64,000 nucleotides of DNA from Rhodosorus marinus CCMP1338 (lineage: Eukaryota > Plantae > Rhodophyta), in the NCBI GenBank assembly GCA_029953675.1, contig JAMWBK010000009.1, positions 992,001 through 1,056,000 of the forward strand, in the 5' to 3' direction. Shown one piece after another: positions 60,879 through 64,000 of the stretch. Under the pieces are notes generated by a model. That model did not search any database and was not told the origin of the DNA. It was given only the letters and a program-made list of their open reading frames with translations. Made by a program: the position numbers and the translations under genes. How positions within the stretch are numbered: the stretch's first letter is position 1; each line of letters begins with the position of its first letter.

Positions 60879-61412
60879 ATGAGGACATCTGCGATTGCTT
60901 TTTGCTTTCTTTTGGCTTGTACGTACGCCGAGATCATTGCCAATACGAGATGTTCTGTAGAAGGCACAGATTATGTGGATGAAGGGTCGAACACTTGCGT
61001 ATGTAAGAGCGGATGGACGACATCCATGACGTCGCCGCAGGATCGAGTTTATTGTGATATGTACCTTGGGTCAGAGGGTAGAGATGAACAGGGTGAAAAC
61101 GGGGAGGACCAAAACGGTGTAGAGGCTCCCGGCGATACACCAAATGAGGACCCGTATGTAGAGCAGGACGATGAACTAATCTACGACGACCTAGAGCCCG
61201 GCGAAACCACTACTAACGCGTTTGGTCTTCCAGGTTTCAACTCCATGAGCCCTCTCCTCTCCATTTTCCTCGTGATACTCATCACCTGTGCATGCCTCGG
61301 TTGCTGCTACCAGAAAAACGGTACACTACCTCCCTGTTGCGGATGTTGTCTCATGCTCTGCCCACCACCTAAGGACGATATCGAGCACGGTCACGCGAGA
61401 ACAGCCTCCTGA
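60879..61412 (+). CDS. Type I membrane protein: signal peptide, EGF-like Cys motif, acidic stalk, TM, Cys-rich tail
   Basis: MRTSAIAFCFLLACTYA (signal peptide), C-x14-CVCKSGW-x11-C, a D/E-rich linker, TM LLSIFLVILITCACLG and the tail CCYQKNGTLPPCCGCCLMLC. Confidence 0.75.
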   Translation: MRTSAIAFCFLLACTYAEIIANTRCSVEGTDYVDEGSNTCVCKSGWTTSMTSPQDRVYCDMYLGSEGRDEQGENGEDQNGVEAPGDTPNEDPYVEQDDELIYDDLEPGETTTNAFGLPGFNSMSPLLSIFLVILITCACLGCCYQKNGTLPPCCGCCLMLCPPPKDDIEHGHARTAS

Positions 61413-61513
61413 TACCGTACTTTGCATCTTACCGGTACGAAACATCTTCTTCTTTCTTCAATAAATCCGTCAAAATTTAAATGGACAAAACATATTCCAA
61501 GAAAGGCCAACTA

Positions 61514-61771
61514 TCACGCGCAGTACACGAGCCCGTAGTTGATAACAAACTTTCTTCCGTGATCAGCGGTCCGTGAGCGCATCATATAACCTGGACTGTT
61601 CACCCAAGCCGCGCTCCGTTTCAACCTCCTCGATCCGTGAAAGCGTTTTACGCTGGAGATCCCCTCATCTAGCCACCACTTGACGTTCGGGACCTTGTAG
61701 TTCTGCGCGAGGTATATCCCAAACGCCGCCCCGACGAAGAACGAAAATGTAATCGGAAAGAACGTCGTCAT
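61514..61771 (-). CDS. STMP1: Short transmembrane mitochondrial protein 1 homolog (C7orf73/DUF4535 family)
   Basis: FSFFVGAAFGIYLAQNYKVPNVK matches the family signature G-Y-AQNY--PN. The start (61771 or 61861) and the C-terminal frame are uncertain. Confidence 0.75.
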   Translation of the reverse strand: MTTFFPITFSFFVGAAFGIYLAQNYKVPNVKWWLDEGISSVKRFHGSRRLKRSAAWVNSPGYMMRSRTADHGRKFVINYGLVYCA

Positions 61772-63092
61772 CGAGAAACTCTGCAGCCCACGAAAAAGCC
61801 CAAAGCAGAGACTAGCACTAGCAGTCACCAACCAGTTACGGATAACTCCCCGCCTTCTCATTCATCGATTAAATCCAAGACTTCACACAACGCCGGGGCT
61901 CTCTTTGACCTCCAAGCCTTTCCGGACTGGAAGCTAGGTTGACTCCAACCAGAACTGAACTGAAGTGGTGAACTGCCGCAAACTTCGTTTATTTGGATCT
62001 CTAGAGTAATGAGCTACGCTGCTCATATAAATGGTTCCTCAACGATAGCAAATCCAAGTGGCTCCAGTCTAGTTCGGGACTGGGCACTCGATACGTACGC
62101 GTCTTCCTCTTATCCTGGTAGAGATCCTGCCGTTCAAAAAAAGTCAACGGGTTTGCTCGACTGTAGTGCCAGATACTCCGCTTGATGGATCAATTCTCCC
62201 CCTTCCCTTTGCCTTGTGATCGGCTCTTCTCTATGCGTCAACGAATACTTTTCTGGTGGCTCCGTTCACCGCGGTGGACTGCCTTCTACGGAGGGTCGGA
62301 CTTCCAGTTCCGTGCGTACGTATTTTCTTATCTACTCGCTCTCAAATGCGCTGAAAGAGCACCCACGCTGCTCATTTGAGTTACTTGCCAAAGCAAGCAA
62401 GCGCATCAACGAGTCCTAAGGTTGTTGGTTTGCGGACAAAAAACCCAGCTCTGGTCGTAGACATCGCGGAGGATAGAGTGTCTTGGTTGCTACGATCCTA
62501 GCACGATAGGTCTCTCCTATCAATCTGATCCCATCCTAACAAATGCAATTGATGATCGGCCGAAGCAAAGGAGTAGACAAAACCCCGGAAAGCGAATGAA
62601 GGAGCATATCTGCTTTTAACGAGACGACAAACGCAGCGAGACGGACTGTCACATCCTATTAGAGGCGATTTTCGCCTATTGAATATCACGTAAACCACGC
62701 TGTGGGTAGCGTCCTCTCAGAGTGCTGACGTTGGGGTTTTCGTGTTTGAGCCCATCGCGCGTCAACGTAACACCGCAAATGCGTTCATTCGCTCGTCATG
62801 AATGTCCAATGCCCCAGGAAGTCGCTGTAGTAGCCGTTCTTCCTTTCAAAAAGTTGTATAAGTTCTGATATACACCAATTGCAACCGCAATGATTCGCTT
62901 TCCGAGGTGTACTAGACCATGTCAATGGCCGTTTAGCACAGTTAACTTTTCGGAAAAACGGAGTAGTGTAGGTTGCGTCCTATCGTGTCAAAAGCTTCAA
63001 AACTCGTGCTTACTGGTTTCACGAGATCCTTGAACAGTTCCCTGAAGTCGGACAGGATCCAATCCCAGAGTTTGGGAGGATAAACCTAGGGG

Positions 63093-63905
63093 TCAAATAA
63101 CCGATGCAGTTGCTCGGCTTTGGCCACCCCCTACTCCCCCACCCGCCAAGTACTCAGCTGTTGTTTCAATGCACAAACGATAAGAGGGCGCGTTAAGAAG
63201 CAATTCTGAACGTTTCTTCTTTGCGCTTAACAAGGTAGCCGAGGAGTATATGGAACACTTACTGTCATCTATGGCACCAACTTCATGATCTTTTCCATAA
63301 AAGAAAGTGAACGGAGAAACGAAAATCGAGGGGAACCCAGCGATGAGCAGGAAAATATTGGAAATACCGCTCACGCCTCCGCTGAAACCAGCCGTTATGC
63401 AAAGCGTCCCCATGCTAGCAAGCATCAAAACAAAAGACAAAGGGTACTTGAGTACTTGTGCATGTCAAATGTATCCAATCCAGATCGCGCGGACAGATGA
63501 AACACTTACAAGAATTCGAAAATCGCTCTAAGGCGGGGGCCCTTGAGAAATCCAAAGCTATTCAGCAGCTTTTCTGGCCTTCCAATAGTTCCAAAGAAAA
63601 GCAGTACTCCACAGATTCTGTGATGCCGTAAACGAGACGATGATGGGAGACAATGAGCGACAAACCAAGGGGAAAACTGAACTTTCCAAGCCGAGTGTGG
63701 ACGTGCGGGCTCACATGCTGTAGCAAAATATTGCAAACGAAAGTGGATTTGACAGCGCCGCGGTAATCGTGATGAAGAACGCAATGATCGACACAATACC
63801 TGCTACGATCAGCAGAAGCGCCACCAGCAGGTTCGTCCAGTAAACTACCTTCTCCCACTTCCCACCGCCTCCTCCCCCCAAACCACAGCATCCACCATCA
63901 TCCAT
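63093..63905 (-). CDS. TVP15: Golgi membrane protein TVP15/COPI-associated family, multi-exon
   Basis: Spliced reading gives three to four TM segments and YSIICGVLLFFG...LLNSFGFLKGPRLRAIFEFFMGTLC, matching the FGFL...R--F--F-G family signature. The 3' end is approximate. Confidence 0.65.
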
Positions 63906-64000
63906 TTCCACCTAAATTAAAATCTAAAAAGAAGCCCACAGTTGTGAAGAATCCACCAACAAACCTCCCCAACTCCTTCACATCAGCCAAAACCCAGACA

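Overview
Eukaryotic nuclear DNA, gene-dense (about 27 protein-coding genes in 64 kb), with short GT-AG introns (mostly 50-220 nt, CTAAC/CTGAC branch points) and several intronless genes. A plant-type DGDG synthase, a bacterial-type organellar TrpRS, a TDY-type MAP kinase and separate ProA/ProB enzymes point to a photosynthetic eukaryote. A unicellular red alga is the best guess, but that is inference. Recognisable genes, in order: type II PI4-kinase, mitochondrial uS15, TrpRS, START protein, STRAP, CUE protein, CBS protein, PPWD1, SAP30BP, mitochondrial ATP synthase gamma, MAPK, a P-loop kinase/HAD/SWIM fusion, SERBP1/Stm1-like, NICE-3/Dlt1-like, divergent CAX, DGD, PPR, proA, proB, PDCD2, an EGF-like membrane protein, STMP1 and TVP15-like. 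I saw no tRNA, rRNA, CRISPR array or intact transposon. The most notable observations are: (1) tandem proA and proB forming a mini proline-pathway cluster; (2) an intronless kinase-HAD-SWIM protein with T4-Pnk-like domain order; (3) two sequence-unrelated degenerate tandem arrays with about 185-190 bp (nucleosome-length) period, plus several other local duplications; (4) dense CCAAT-box clusters, one with roughly 30 bp phasing. Exon boundaries, repeat periods and family assignments were made by eye and from memory of the families, not by database search.
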